Assembly (NCBI GenBank): GCA_977017645.1
Contig: OZ360229.1
Location: forward strand, 42,780,001 to 42,844,000
Direction: 5' to 3'
Length of the DNA stretch: 64,000 nucleotides
From: Torpedo marmorata
Taxonomy: Eukaryota
The notes under the pieces are model-generated. The model saw only the letters and a program-made list of their open reading frames with translations, was not told where the DNA came from and made no database searches. The position numbers were made by a program, and so were the translations under genes. This document shows positions 1 through 10,884 of this stretch, piece by piece. The stretch's first letter is position 1, and each line of letters begins with the position of its first letter.

Positions 1-497
1 TCACAGGGGTTCTCTGTTGCTAAATATACAAAATAGGATTGGATAGACTTTGTATTTCAATTCCAAAATGTAGTTCCATTATCTTGGAACAGAATTTCAG
101 AAGAGCAAAATGTGGTGTTAAACATGTATCCACTACTCTCTTGTCAAGTTAGTACATGTGACAGATAATAAATTTCTACCATCCAGATGCTAAGGGAGTG
201 TAGCGAAGGTTCACCAGATTGATACTTAGGATGGCATTACTGACGTATGAAGAAAGACTGGATAGGCAAGGGTTATACTTATTGAAATTCAAAAGAATGA
301 GAGTGGATCTCATTGAGATGTAAACAATTCGGACAGGACTTACAGAGGTTAGATGCAGGAAGAGTGTTCCCGATGTTGGAGAAGTCCAGAACAAGGGGTT
401 ACAGTCTAAAGATAATGGGAAAGATATTTAGGACTGAGAAGAGGGGAAACTTTTTCACTTAAAGATTTCTGAATTTGTGGAACTCCCAATCACAGGA

Positions 498-744
498 GTA
501 AACACTAAAATCTGTAGACACCGTGGTTGAAGTAAAAAACACAAAAGCTGGAGAACTCAGCAGGTCAAACAGTGTCTTTTATGTAGCAAAGGTAGAAATA
601 CATAACCGACGTTTCAGGCTTGAGCCCTTCATCAAGGTACCTTGATGAAGGGCTCAAGCCTGAAACGTCGGTTATGTATTTCTACCTTTGCTACATAAAA
701 GACACTGTTTGACCTGCTGAGTTCTCCAGCTTTTGTGTTTTTTA
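498..744. mobile_element. Penelope-like pLTR-derived insertion containing a perfect 212-bp palindrome (533-744), 14-bp TSD
   Basis: 533-638 is the exact reverse complement of 639-744 (centre GGT|ACC). TSD tcccaatcacagga at 484-497 and 745-758. Single arms recur at 40441-40543 and 56751-56833. Confidence 0.85.
639..672 (+). ncRNA. Minimal type I hammerhead ribozyme-like motif (mirror copy on - strand at 605-638)
   Basis: ACC-TTGATGA-AGGGCTCAAGCCT-GAAA-CGTC-GGT: core (C/U)UGAUGA, stem II hairpin, GAAA, palindromic ACGT stem III, GUC cleavage triplet, ACC/GGT stem I. C3 is U here. Confidence 0.55.
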
Positions 745-2017
745 TCCCAATCACAGGAAGCTGTTGAAGCCTATTCATTTGATATATTCAAAAGGGAGTT
801 GGATGTGGCCCTAATGGCTAAAGGGGTCAAGGAATCGGGTCCTAAATTCATATGATCATCCATGGAATAGGGTTCTAAAGTCATATTATCAGCCATGATT
901 CGATTGAATGGTGGTATAGGCTGGAAAGGACGGAATGGCCTTCTCCTGTGATTCTAAACTAGGATTTGTAAAATAGAATATATGATTCAATATAAATTCA
1001 TGTACAGAAATAAAATAACAAGATGGAAAGGAAGCTGAAATAAAGTGAAGTAAAATAAAGTTATTTAATATGTATGTTTTAAATCTCCAACAATAATTAC
1101 ATCCTGAAGAATTGAATCTCCAAGAATATAAATCAAAGTTAACCGTACCACTGAGATTATTTGGCAGTCATTAACAAACCATTAAAAAATTACTTATATC
1201 TGAATGAACCAGTGCTAAATTGTTCTGACATATTTAGTGGGTAACTATTGAGTAAGAGCCACAACTTCATGCCAGGCGTGTACATGAGTGCCAGACCTCT
1301 CATTGAGTTTGAACATAGTGAAGGGCAAAACAGACAGCAGCATCCAGATTGCCACTTTTGACTGCACACAAGCAGACTCTCCTCGTTGCTCTTTGATTTA
1401 CCACATAACAGCGATTGCTAATAGGCTCACCGTTATTCCCACTGCAAACTCCGAGCCATTACCTACAGGCTCTAGTTTGTGAAACATATCTGACTAATTT
1501 TTATTCACTTCCTTTTGTAGCAGCAACTGGAAAGGAAAACTGATTCAAAATATTGGACCCTGGTATAATTAGCTTCCTGGATAATGATAAGAAAAATATC
1601 AGTACTTACCCTTTTTGTTCATTAAATAAATCCAGTGTTATGTATGCCCACACCTCTGGCAACCCATTCAGCTGTTTAATCATCTCAGGCATCAATTCCA
1701 ACGTCCAGAAGCTGTTCACCATTTGTAGTGTAAGGTAGGTTCAATCAACATATACCACACTCTCATCCTGCTGCTCTGGTGTAACTGAAAAAAATATTTC
1801 ATTTTTATTTTTTTATTCAAAAATAAAATATTTATTTTGTCCAACCATTTCTGCAGCATACAGCTATATTTACGATGCCCCAGTGAGATGTTTCTTTAAA
1901 ACATGCTCACTTATCCTGCTGTTGCATTTAATTTACAGGACATAAAAATTGTCATTATTTGAACTTTTTAAAACTCTGCAATTCGGATAATTGATCTGAT
2001 TGGGCTGTATTTTATGA

Positions 2018-2882
2018 TGTTATGGACCATGACTGACCATTTGGACTGTGGACGGTCAGCAGGAAGGATGATGTCTTTTGGAGTACACACAGGGACCAGG
2101 TACTGAAAGAGTTAACTTGCCCAGGACTGGCTGTGCTCAGAGAGAGAGACACATAGAGAGAGAGAGAGACAGGCTGTGGAAAGATACTTTGTTGCACTTT
2201 TGCAAAAGCAGGTGCAAACCTCTGCAAAAAGCATTCAGTTTGGAGTTGCAAAAGGCTGAAGCAACAACAGCAAAACCAGAGGCTTGTGCATTCCAGTGAG
2301 AAAGGCTGGGAGAATAGCACATGGCCTCCTGTCTCAGCAAAATCCTGATATAAAGCAACTTTTGTGGAGAACAGCCGTGAGATCAGTGAGACAGGCTGTG
2401 AGATCCAAGTATACGCCTCAATCAGTGGTATACTGATTTGGAACCGCAACCCTCATGCACCTACCAAAAGGGAAAGCCATCGGAAGAAAAGCAGGCCAAG
2501 CATTCGTAAGCTAAAAACAGTCATTGTCTCTCTCTCCAACGTTCATTAAGAAGTCCTTCGTGCCAGCACACAGAGCTGAATTTGGACCCTGAACATAGAG
2601 AGTGATTTTTGTGGACTGTATTTTTGGGACTGACTTATTTTTATGACTGACCTGGGGTTTTGGGGAAGGTTTTCCATTTTTACATGAGGGTTGGGCATGG
2701 CTGTAATGGTCTGGGCTTTACACACACACACACACACTTTAGATAAGAATAGTGATTACAGATGTTTATAGTGGGGTTAATTGTTAAGAAATTATATGCT
2801 TAATTGCCTTTAATAAATATACATTTCAATTTTACCCCTTTTGCATTGCGGCTTCTGTCATTGCTGGTTTAAATTTGTAACA
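2018..2882 (+). repeat. 5' LTR of Gmr1-like element
   Basis: TGTTA...TAACA termini; direct repeat of 6724-7552; contains (AG)n and (CA)n tracts and AATAAA. Confidence 0.92.
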
Positions 2883-2885
2883 AAT

Positions 2886-2903
2886 TGGGGGCTTGTCCGA
2901 GTT
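2886..2903 (+). promoter_or_regulatory. Primer binding site, tRNA-Pro type
   Basis: tgggggcttgtccgagtt matches 15/18 to TGGGGGCTCGTCCGGGAT, 3 nt after the LTR. Confidence 0.75.
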
Positions 2904-2989
2904 TGAATCAAGCTCCAGGTTGGTAATTGAAGGAATCCCAGTCTGATTTAAGACATTCCTTTTGTAAAGCTAATAAAAAGCTAGTGTGT

Positions 2990-4262
2990 GTGGATGTAGA
3001 AAATTTTTTGGAATCACCCGAAACTGATACTTTAAAAAAGGCTAAAAAGGAACAGTTAGTGGCAAGCAACAGAGTTGGGCATTGCTTCAGTAAAACCATC
3101 AATGAAAAAGGCGGAGATTGGGAGAAAAATTGCCAAATACTATATAAAAAGGAAAAGGTTTGAGGAGAGCATGTGAGAGCAGTTTCCCAAGGGTAAACAT
3201 TCTGAAAACATACAGTTGGAACTAAAGAAATTGGAATTGGAATTGGAACAAAAGAAATTAGACAGGGAATTGGAACAAAAGAAATTAGACAGGGAATTGG
3301 AACAAAAGAGATTAGACTTGGAGGTAGCTAGGGAACAAAAGAGATTAGACTTAGAGAGAGAGGAGAAAATTAGGCAATATGAGCTGGAAAAGTTTAAGTT
3401 GGAAAATGAGAGGAGACAAGAAGAGCACCAAGATCAAATTTGTGCTCCTGTTGAGAGGTTTTTGGCCAGTAGAGAAGTTAGGTTGGTTCCTCCATTTGAG
3501 GAGGCAGAAATAGATAAGTACTTCCAGCATTTTGAGAAGGTGGCTGTGAGATTAAAATGGCCACAAGACCAATGGTCTCTTATGTTACAAAGTGTAATTT
3601 AAGGAAAAGCTCAGCAAGCTTATTGTACTCTTACCACGGATCAAGCTGCTGATTATGAAACGGTGAAAAAGGCTATACTCCAGGCTTGTGAGTTAGTTCC
3701 AGAGTCTTATAGACAGAAGATTAGAAATTTAAAAAGATCAGCAACCCAATCTTACACAGAGTTTGCCTATGAAAAGGTTGTGTGTTTTGACCGGTGGTGC
3801 ACATCTAAGGCGGTAAACAATGATTACAATCAATTGAGAGAATTGATACTAATTGAGGAGATAAAAAGGTGCGTTCCTGAGGATATTAAGGCATACTTAG
3901 ATGAAAAGGAGGTGAAAACTCAGCAAAATTCAGCTAAGTTAGCAGATGAATATGCTTTAACCCACAAGCCTAAGTGGACGTCAGGCAGAATTTTCCAAAA
4001 GGGCACTGTGGATAATCCCAAGCAAGTGGAAAGTAAATTTGGAAGTGGTGTTAAGGAAAGAGATGAAGGGAAGTGGAAAAAGGAAAACCCTTCGTGTCCC
4101 ATTTGTCACTACTGTAAGAAGGCTCGTCATATGCTAGCAAGCTGTCCAGTGTTGAAAAAGAAGAGAGAAAAGGATGCAACACCTAATTGTATTCAAAGTA
4201 AGAAGAGGCATAACACCCAGGCAGAAGACAAATTTACTGACAAAGTTAGGGATGTATTTTAA
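2990..4262 (+). pseudogene. Gmr1 gag remnant (coiled coil, SCAN-like capsid domain, CCHC knuckle)
   Basis: RLVPPFEEAEIDKYFQHFEKVA, PESYRQK...LRELILIEE (SCAN-like), CHYCKKARHMLASC; interrupted by stops and frameshifts. Confidence 0.85.
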
Positions 4263-4268
4263 CTTTTT

Positions 4269-4559
4269 GTGACTGATGGTTTTGCTTCAGTTAAGGCAGG
4301 ATCAAAGCAAGTTCCAGTGAAAATATTGCGAGATACTGGAGCTGCTCAGTCAATTCTGTTAGATAGTGTCTTGGAATTTTGTGAAGCCACTGACACCGGT
4401 GAAATGAATTTAATTAAAGGAATTGGGGGTGATGTTGAGTCCATTTCTTTTCACAAAATAGTGTTGAACTCAGCCTTGGTGGAAAGACCTGTTTTAATAG
4501 GAGTGAGATCAGAGTTGCCAGTAGAAGGAGTCTCACTGTTGCTAGGCAATGACTTATGA
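4269..4559 (+). pseudogene. Retropepsin-like aspartic protease remnant
   Basis: ILRDTGAAQS active-site motif and LLLGNDL. Confidence 0.85.
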
Positions 4560-4991
4560 CTTGGCTGAGGGTAAAGTAGTTCCTGCAGTGCGAATGACCA
4601 CTAAGCCAGTCATTGATAAGTCAGAGAAGGACTCTGATATTTATCCGGCATGTGCCATAACCAGGGCCATGTCCAAGAAAAATGTCACTGTAGAGAAGGC
4701 AGGGGAAAATAAATTGGTGAAAGAAAAAGTCGGTGATAATCAAAAACACCTGGAAAAGGTTGAGCAATCTCCTGTGTTACACCCATACACTGATAAGACA
4801 CCTAAAGGCACAGATTTGTCACTATCCCGACAGGAGCTAATAGCAAGGCAAATGGACGATCCTGATCTTGCTGAGGTGAGGGATAAGGTTCTCTCTGAAG
4901 AGGAGATTAAGAATGTGCCAGTGGGTTATTATGAAAAATATGGGGTGTTGATGAGAAAGTTGATGTTCCTGCCAGTGAAGAATGGGCAGTA

Positions 4992-6592
4992 GTGCAGCAG
5001 GTAGTGATCCCTAAAGTATATTGGGATGAAATAATAACTTTGGCTTATAGCACACCCTTAGGTGGTCACCTTGGCGTGAAGAAAACTACACGGGAGATAA
5101 TGAAACAATTTTATTGGCCCAGTTTGAGAAGGGAGGTTGTAAGCTTTTGCCGGGCCTGTCACCCTTGTCAGGTGGTGGTAAACCTAATCAGGGTCCCCCG
5201 GTGGCACCCTGGCAACCTTTCCCTGCTTTCAGTGAGCCTTTCTCGAGAGTGATTGTGGACTGTGTTGGTCCATTGCCAAAAACCAAAGCGGGGAATGAGT
5301 GTTTGTTAACAATTATGTGTGCAGCCACCAGATTTCCAGAGGCCATTCCTCTGAGAAACATTAAAGCAAAGGCAATTGTAAAGGCTATGGTAAAGATTTT
5401 CACCTTGGTAGGTTTGCCAAGGGAAATTCAATCAGATCAGGGTAGTAATTTCATGTCAGGCGTATTCCAACAAGTGGTTGATAGACTCGGGGTTAAACAG
5501 ATTGTATCCACTGCGTACCATCCAGATAGTCAAGGGGTCTTGGAGAGGTTCCATTCGACTTTGAAATACATGATTAGAACTTATAGTTGTGAGAAGGAAA
5601 AGGATTGGGATGAGTGGGTTCATTTGTTGTTATTTGCAGCGAGGGAGTCTTTCCAAGAATCACTTGGATTTAGTCCATTCGAGTTTGTTTTCGGACATGA
5701 GGTGAGAGGTCCGTTAAGGTTATTAAAAGAACAGTGGATTAATAGTGATGTGCATTTAAATCTGTTGGAGTATGTTTCCAAATTTAAGGATCGGTTGCAT
5801 AAAGCTTGTGAGATGGCAAAGGAGAATTTAAAGGCCACTCAACAGAGAATGAAGGTGTGGTATGATCGAAAGGCCAAGATGAGAACTTTTAAACCTGGTG
5901 AGAACGTATTAGTTCTGTTTCCTACACATTCAAATCCTCTTAGGGCTAGATTTTCAGGACCCTTTAGAGTTAACTCAAAAATTAATGAGGTCACCTACGT
6001 CATAGAAACACCTAATCACAGACGAGACACACAGGTCTGTCATGTGAATATGATTAAGCCATATTTTGAACAGGTGCCACACAAAGAGACTGAACATTTA
6101 CCAGAGGTGCTGGTTATTGACCTGGATAAGGAGGAGACAGATAAAACCAGTTTCAGAGAGGGTCATGGGACTGTTATTTATCTGGGTTATGTAGTAGGAC
6201 AGGGGCAGTTGGTGCCAGTAGAGGCAAAGGCTGTGACTATTTCCGAGTTCCCTGTTCCAACTGGTAAGAAAACTCTGAGGAGGTTCCAGGGAATGATTGG
6301 CTACTACCACAAGTTCTGTAAAAACTTCTCGAGGAAGTTCAATGATCATCAAAGGAATTATTCAACCATAGAAAAAGAGTTGTTAGCTCTTGTGTTGGCT
6401 CTACAACACTTTGATGTGTATATCTGTACAGCTCAAAAATCACTCATAGTGTACACTGACCATAATCCATTGGTTTTTCTTTGTAAAATGAAAAATAAGA
6501 ATTGGAGTCTAATTTTGCAAGAATATGATTTAATGATAACAAATATAAAAGGGAAAAATAATGTAATCGCTGATTGTCTTTCTAGATGCTAA
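4992..6592 (+). pseudogene. Integrase fused to RT-thumb and RNase H remnants
   Basis: Zinc-binding GGHLG...CRACHPC, DDE core (VDCVGP, SDQGSNF, LERFH), then YLGYVVGQG, GMIGYY, NYSTIEKELLA, YTDHNPL, IADCLSR; no YxDD. Confidence 0.88.
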
Positions 6593-6723
6593 ACTTTACA
6601 AATAAAAATATTCATATTTTATGTTTGTGGATGAACATTGTGGGTTTTGTTTATATTGTGACACCTCAATTAATTTCCAATATTTTGTTTGTGCAGACCA
6701 AAATTTTCTTTGTAGGTGGGACG

Positions 6724-7552
6724 TTTTATGGACCATGACTGACCATTTGGATTGCGGATGATTAGCAGGAAGGATGACGTCTTTTGGAATACACACTGTA
6801 ACCAGGTACTGAAAGAGTTAACTTGTTCAGGACTGGCTGTGTCAGAGAGAGAGACACATAGAGAGAGAGACAGGCTGTGGAAAGATACTTTGTTGCACTT
6901 TTGCAAAAGCAGGTGCAAACCTCTGCAAAAAGCATTCAGTTTGGAGTTGCAAAAGGCTGAAGCAACAACAGCAAAACCAGAGGCTTGTGCATTCCAGTGA
7001 GAAAGGCTGGGAGAATAGCACATGGCCTCCTGTTTCAGCAAAATCCTGAGATAAAACAACTTTCGTGGAGAATTGGCGTGAGATCAGTGAGACAGGCTGT
7101 GAGATCAATGGTATACTGATTTGGAACCACAACCCTCGTGCACCTACCAAAAGGGAAAGCCATCGGAAGAAAAGCAGGCCAAGCATTCGTAAGCTTAAAC
7201 AGTCATTGTCTCTCTCTCCAACGATCATTAAGAAGTCCTTCGTGCCAGCACACAGAGCTGAATTTGAACCCTGAACATAGAGAGTGATTTTTGTGGACTG
7301 TATTTTTGGGACTGACTTATTTTTATGACTGAACGAGGGGTTTTGGGGAAGGTTTTCCATTTTTACATGAGGGTTGGGCATGGGCTGTAATGGTCTGGGC
7401 TTTACACACACACACACTTTAGATAAGAATAGTGTTTATAGTGGGGTTAATTGTTAAGAAATTATATGTTTAATTGTCTTTAATAAATATAAATTTCAAT
7501 TTTACCCCTTTTGCATTGCGTCTTCTGTCGTTGCTGGTTTGGATTTGTAACA
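6724..7552 (+). repeat. 3' LTR of Gmr1-like element
   Basis: Direct repeat of 2018-2882 with small indels; preceded by purine-rich aggtgggacg; ends TGTAACA, followed by TSD atga. Confidence 0.92.
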
Positions 7553-9880
7553 ATGAAGATGTATTAATTGCTGAAATTATTTAATCTACGAACACTTCAT
7601 AATATATGATTAAAATAATTCTTCACCATGTTTTTGTTGGCACTTCAGGAAAAATGGGTTAAATTATTTTGGTTTGGAAATGATTAGACATTGCAGTGCA
7701 CTCTAAAAGAAACCTCTCTAACAATGGCCGCAAACATTTAGGTGCACTTTAAGTCTCTTTCATCCCTCCCCTTCCCCACAGCCATTATCATTATGTGTTC
7801 ATCACTCTTTCTCCCAGTGCTAATACTGGCCTTTAATTCAGCCTTCAGAGCTGGAACAGTAGAATCCAGAATGACTGAGCTTCCCCACTGTGTGCTGAAA
7901 AAAATGCCAATCAAGATCCTGCCATCCAAAACTGAGTGATTATAGATGTGCTCATTGAGAGAAGAGGGAGACAGTCAGGAGAGCAGGAACTTGGGGCCAG
8001 GATGAAATATTACACTATTGATCATTTCACTGTATTTGTCCCTCAAGTGCACCTGTGGAAATAGGTTGCAGTAAAAAAAAGTAGTAACAGACAAAGGTGC
8101 AAGTCACACTTGTGCGATTTACAGTGACTGTGCTAAAATTCCCGTGAGGTGTAAAGACATAGGATATGTTAGCAAAGAAATATTTTTGAACATATGTAGC
8201 ATAAAATATAAAACAGCTTCACTGAATGTACAGCTAATGGCCAAGCTATAAAGTTATATCAAAATTATCCATGAAATAATGTGAGAACTTATTAACTAAA
8301 TTTATTTAATCCTATTCACCAAAATATGAATGTGAACAATACAACAAAACTGAAAAATGATCCCAAGTGGTATCATTGCTGCTTCATCCTCTGACTTAAC
8401 ATTTTAATGAACCACTAAATAAGTGAAGTGTTGTGCAAAGCTATCAATAGGTTTTCCTTCACAAGAATTCTGCTGATGCAGCCAATGACAACATAAGAAA
8501 TTAGTTCCATATTTGTGGGGTTGCTCCATGTAGTATACATTTTCCATAAATAATAAAACTTTAAAAACATTCTTTATTAATAGCTTGTTCATTCAGTGGA
8601 TTATATACCTTGTTCTTAATATTAACTATAAAAAGTCATATGATAATATTAATTACATTATTTTATTTTAAAAGTGGCAGTAAAGCAAGATTCCTTAGGC
8701 ATAACAAACTGTGGAAATTTGTGCTAAAAACTTATTTGAGGCTTCTATTTAACAATTATTAGTTTGGCTTCAAAAGTCTTCATGTTCAACTGCATTTTCT
8801 TTCTGCCTGTATTTCTTGGTATCCGTTTTAGTCTCAAGCAACAGATATATTAAGGAAGGAATTGGCTTAGAAACTCATCCTAAAGTAGAAATGGAAAATA
8901 TAATTTTGTTACTAGCTTGATGCAGCGACAATTTAAATAAAGCAGACATGATTTTGTAAAACAAGTTCCATTGCTTTGGCATCAAAGTGGTGATCTGAAC
9001 CAAAGATGAAAGATACAGAAAATTACAACAAAAAAAAATCTGCAGAGGGAATTGAACAGAGGTTTGTTCTGGTTGTTGGGAAATCATAGACATGTTAATT
9101 TTCAATGCACTTGCATGTTTCTAATCCAGTACTTTCGTCCTGCGCCCTTTCTTTAAAAAAAACTAAGGTTTTTGGAAGAAATTAATCTAAATTAGCTGAT
9201 AAAAAAAAATGATGATGGGCATTTTCAGGGACCATTTCAAAGAGTCTTTTATAATCTCATACCTGAAATGAAAATCTTACAGGGCTGAAGATAACTTTTT
9301 TGCAAACTTTAGCAAATCATTCACGTTCTTTGAAAATGCTCTAGTTCACATCATCTCCACATTTGTTAATCTGTCCCGTTCCAGGCAGTCTAAATATTGA
9401 GTTGCTATTCATCAGGAAAAGATTTAATGATGATGATGCAAATATTCCCAGGCCACAGATTCTGGAATGCAAATGACTATGTGTAAACCTTAGATTAAAA
9501 TATTTAAATAATAACTTTGAACCTGGGAAAAAGAGAGTACCTATTATCAATACCATCTTTGTCTCGTTTTACCAATAGCTCCGAGAATAAAAAAAAATAT
9601 TTTAAACTCTTGCTCACTGTGCAAATTGATCGTCTGGTACAAGTTAAATCAAAAATGTCATTTTAGCTTTAAAAGTCCTCACCAGAAATGAACACATTTT
9701 ATCCAAGCTTGTTGATGTAAAAGGTAAAAAAAAAAAGGCATTACTTCTGCACAAAAACAGCACTTTGTCCCTGCTCCAGAATAACTTCAAAAGGGAAATA
9801 GTCAGCAAAGCAAACATTCTTTGGGAACAGCATTCCTTATAGTGGTGCCAGTAGAAATGACAGACCTGGCCCTGAAATTA

Positions 9881-10884
9881 AGATTCAGATTTCAGATTCA
9901 GATTTCAGATTTATTGTCAGAGTACATACATGACATCACATACAACCCTGAGATTATTTTTCCTGCGGGCGCGGCAGAATTACCACTAATTGGTAGTGCA
10001 AAAAATAAACTGTACACAGCATATACATGTATACAAATAAAGAATCGCAAACAGATAACTAATGTAAACAAACTGACTGTGCAATACAGAGAGAATAAAA
10101 AAGATAATCAATAAAGTGCACAAGAAAGAGTCCTTAAATTAGTCTCTGATTGAGTTTGTCGTTGAGGAGTCTGATGGTGGAGGGGTAGCAGCTGTTCCTG
10201 AACCTGGTGGTGTGAGTCTTGTGGCACCTATACCTCTTTCCTGATGGCAGCAGCGAGAACAGAGCGTATGCTGGGTGGTGTGGATCTTTGATGATTGCTG
10301 CTGCCCTCCGACGGCAGCGTTCCCTATAGATGTACTCAATAGTGGGGAGGATTTTGCCTGTGAAGTCCTGGGCTGTGTCCACTACCTTTTGGAGGGCTTT
10401 ACGCTCAGGGGTATTGGTGTTCCCATACCAGACCGTGATGCAGCCGGACAGCACACTTTCCACCACACCTCTGTAGAAATTTGCCAGGGTTTCTGGTGTC
10501 ATTCCAAACCTCCGCAAACTCCTGAGGAAGTAGAGGCGCTGATGTGTTTTCTTCACGATGCCATTGGTGTGTTTGGTCCGGGAAAGATTCTCTGCGATAG
10601 TGACTCCCAAGAACTTAAATTTGCTCACCCTCTCCACCTCTGATCCCCCAATGATCACTGGATTGTATACCTCTGGCTTTCCTTTCCTGAAGTCAACAAT
10701 CAGCTCTTTAGTTTTGGTGACATTGAGGGCAAGGTTGTTGTTGGTGCACCATTCAGCCAAGTTTTCAATCTCCATCCTGTATGCTGACTCCTCCCCTTCC
10801 TTTATACAACCCACTACCATGGTATCGTCGGCAAATTTGTAGATGGTGTTATTGTCGTACCGAGCCACACAGTCGTAGGTGTAA
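9881..10884 (-). mobile_element. 5'-truncated Rex1/Babar-like LINE
   Basis: ORF 10134-10868: KFADDT RT motif, KTKELIVDFRK, QRLYFLR, DPHHPA...LPSGKRYR; 3' tail of (TCTGAA)n on - strand. Confidence 0.85.

Larger units (their letters stand above)
180..960 (+). mobile_element. Degenerate CR1-type LINE 3' fragment, interrupted by the palindromic insertion at 498-744
   Basis: Resembles CR1 ORF2 C-terminus/3'UTR (aggttcaccagattgata...gaagaaagactggatagg...gtccagaacaaggggttacagtct...gaatggccttctcctg), similar to the copy at 15117-16182; sequence resumes after the duplicated tcccaatcacagga. Confidence 0.75.
2018..7552 (+). mobile_element. Gmr1-like Ty3/Gypsy LTR retrotransposon (gag-PR-INT-[RT deleted]-RNase H), decayed
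   Basis: Paired LTRs, TSD atga at 2014-2017 and 7553-7556, tRNA-Pro-type PBS, integrase upstream of RT/RNase H remnants. Confidence 0.92.

Noticed and set aside
2012-2737. Short ORFs within the LTRs, duplicated at 6596-7417
   Set aside because: They arise from LTR microsatellites; the frames differ between the two LTRs and there are no protein motifs.
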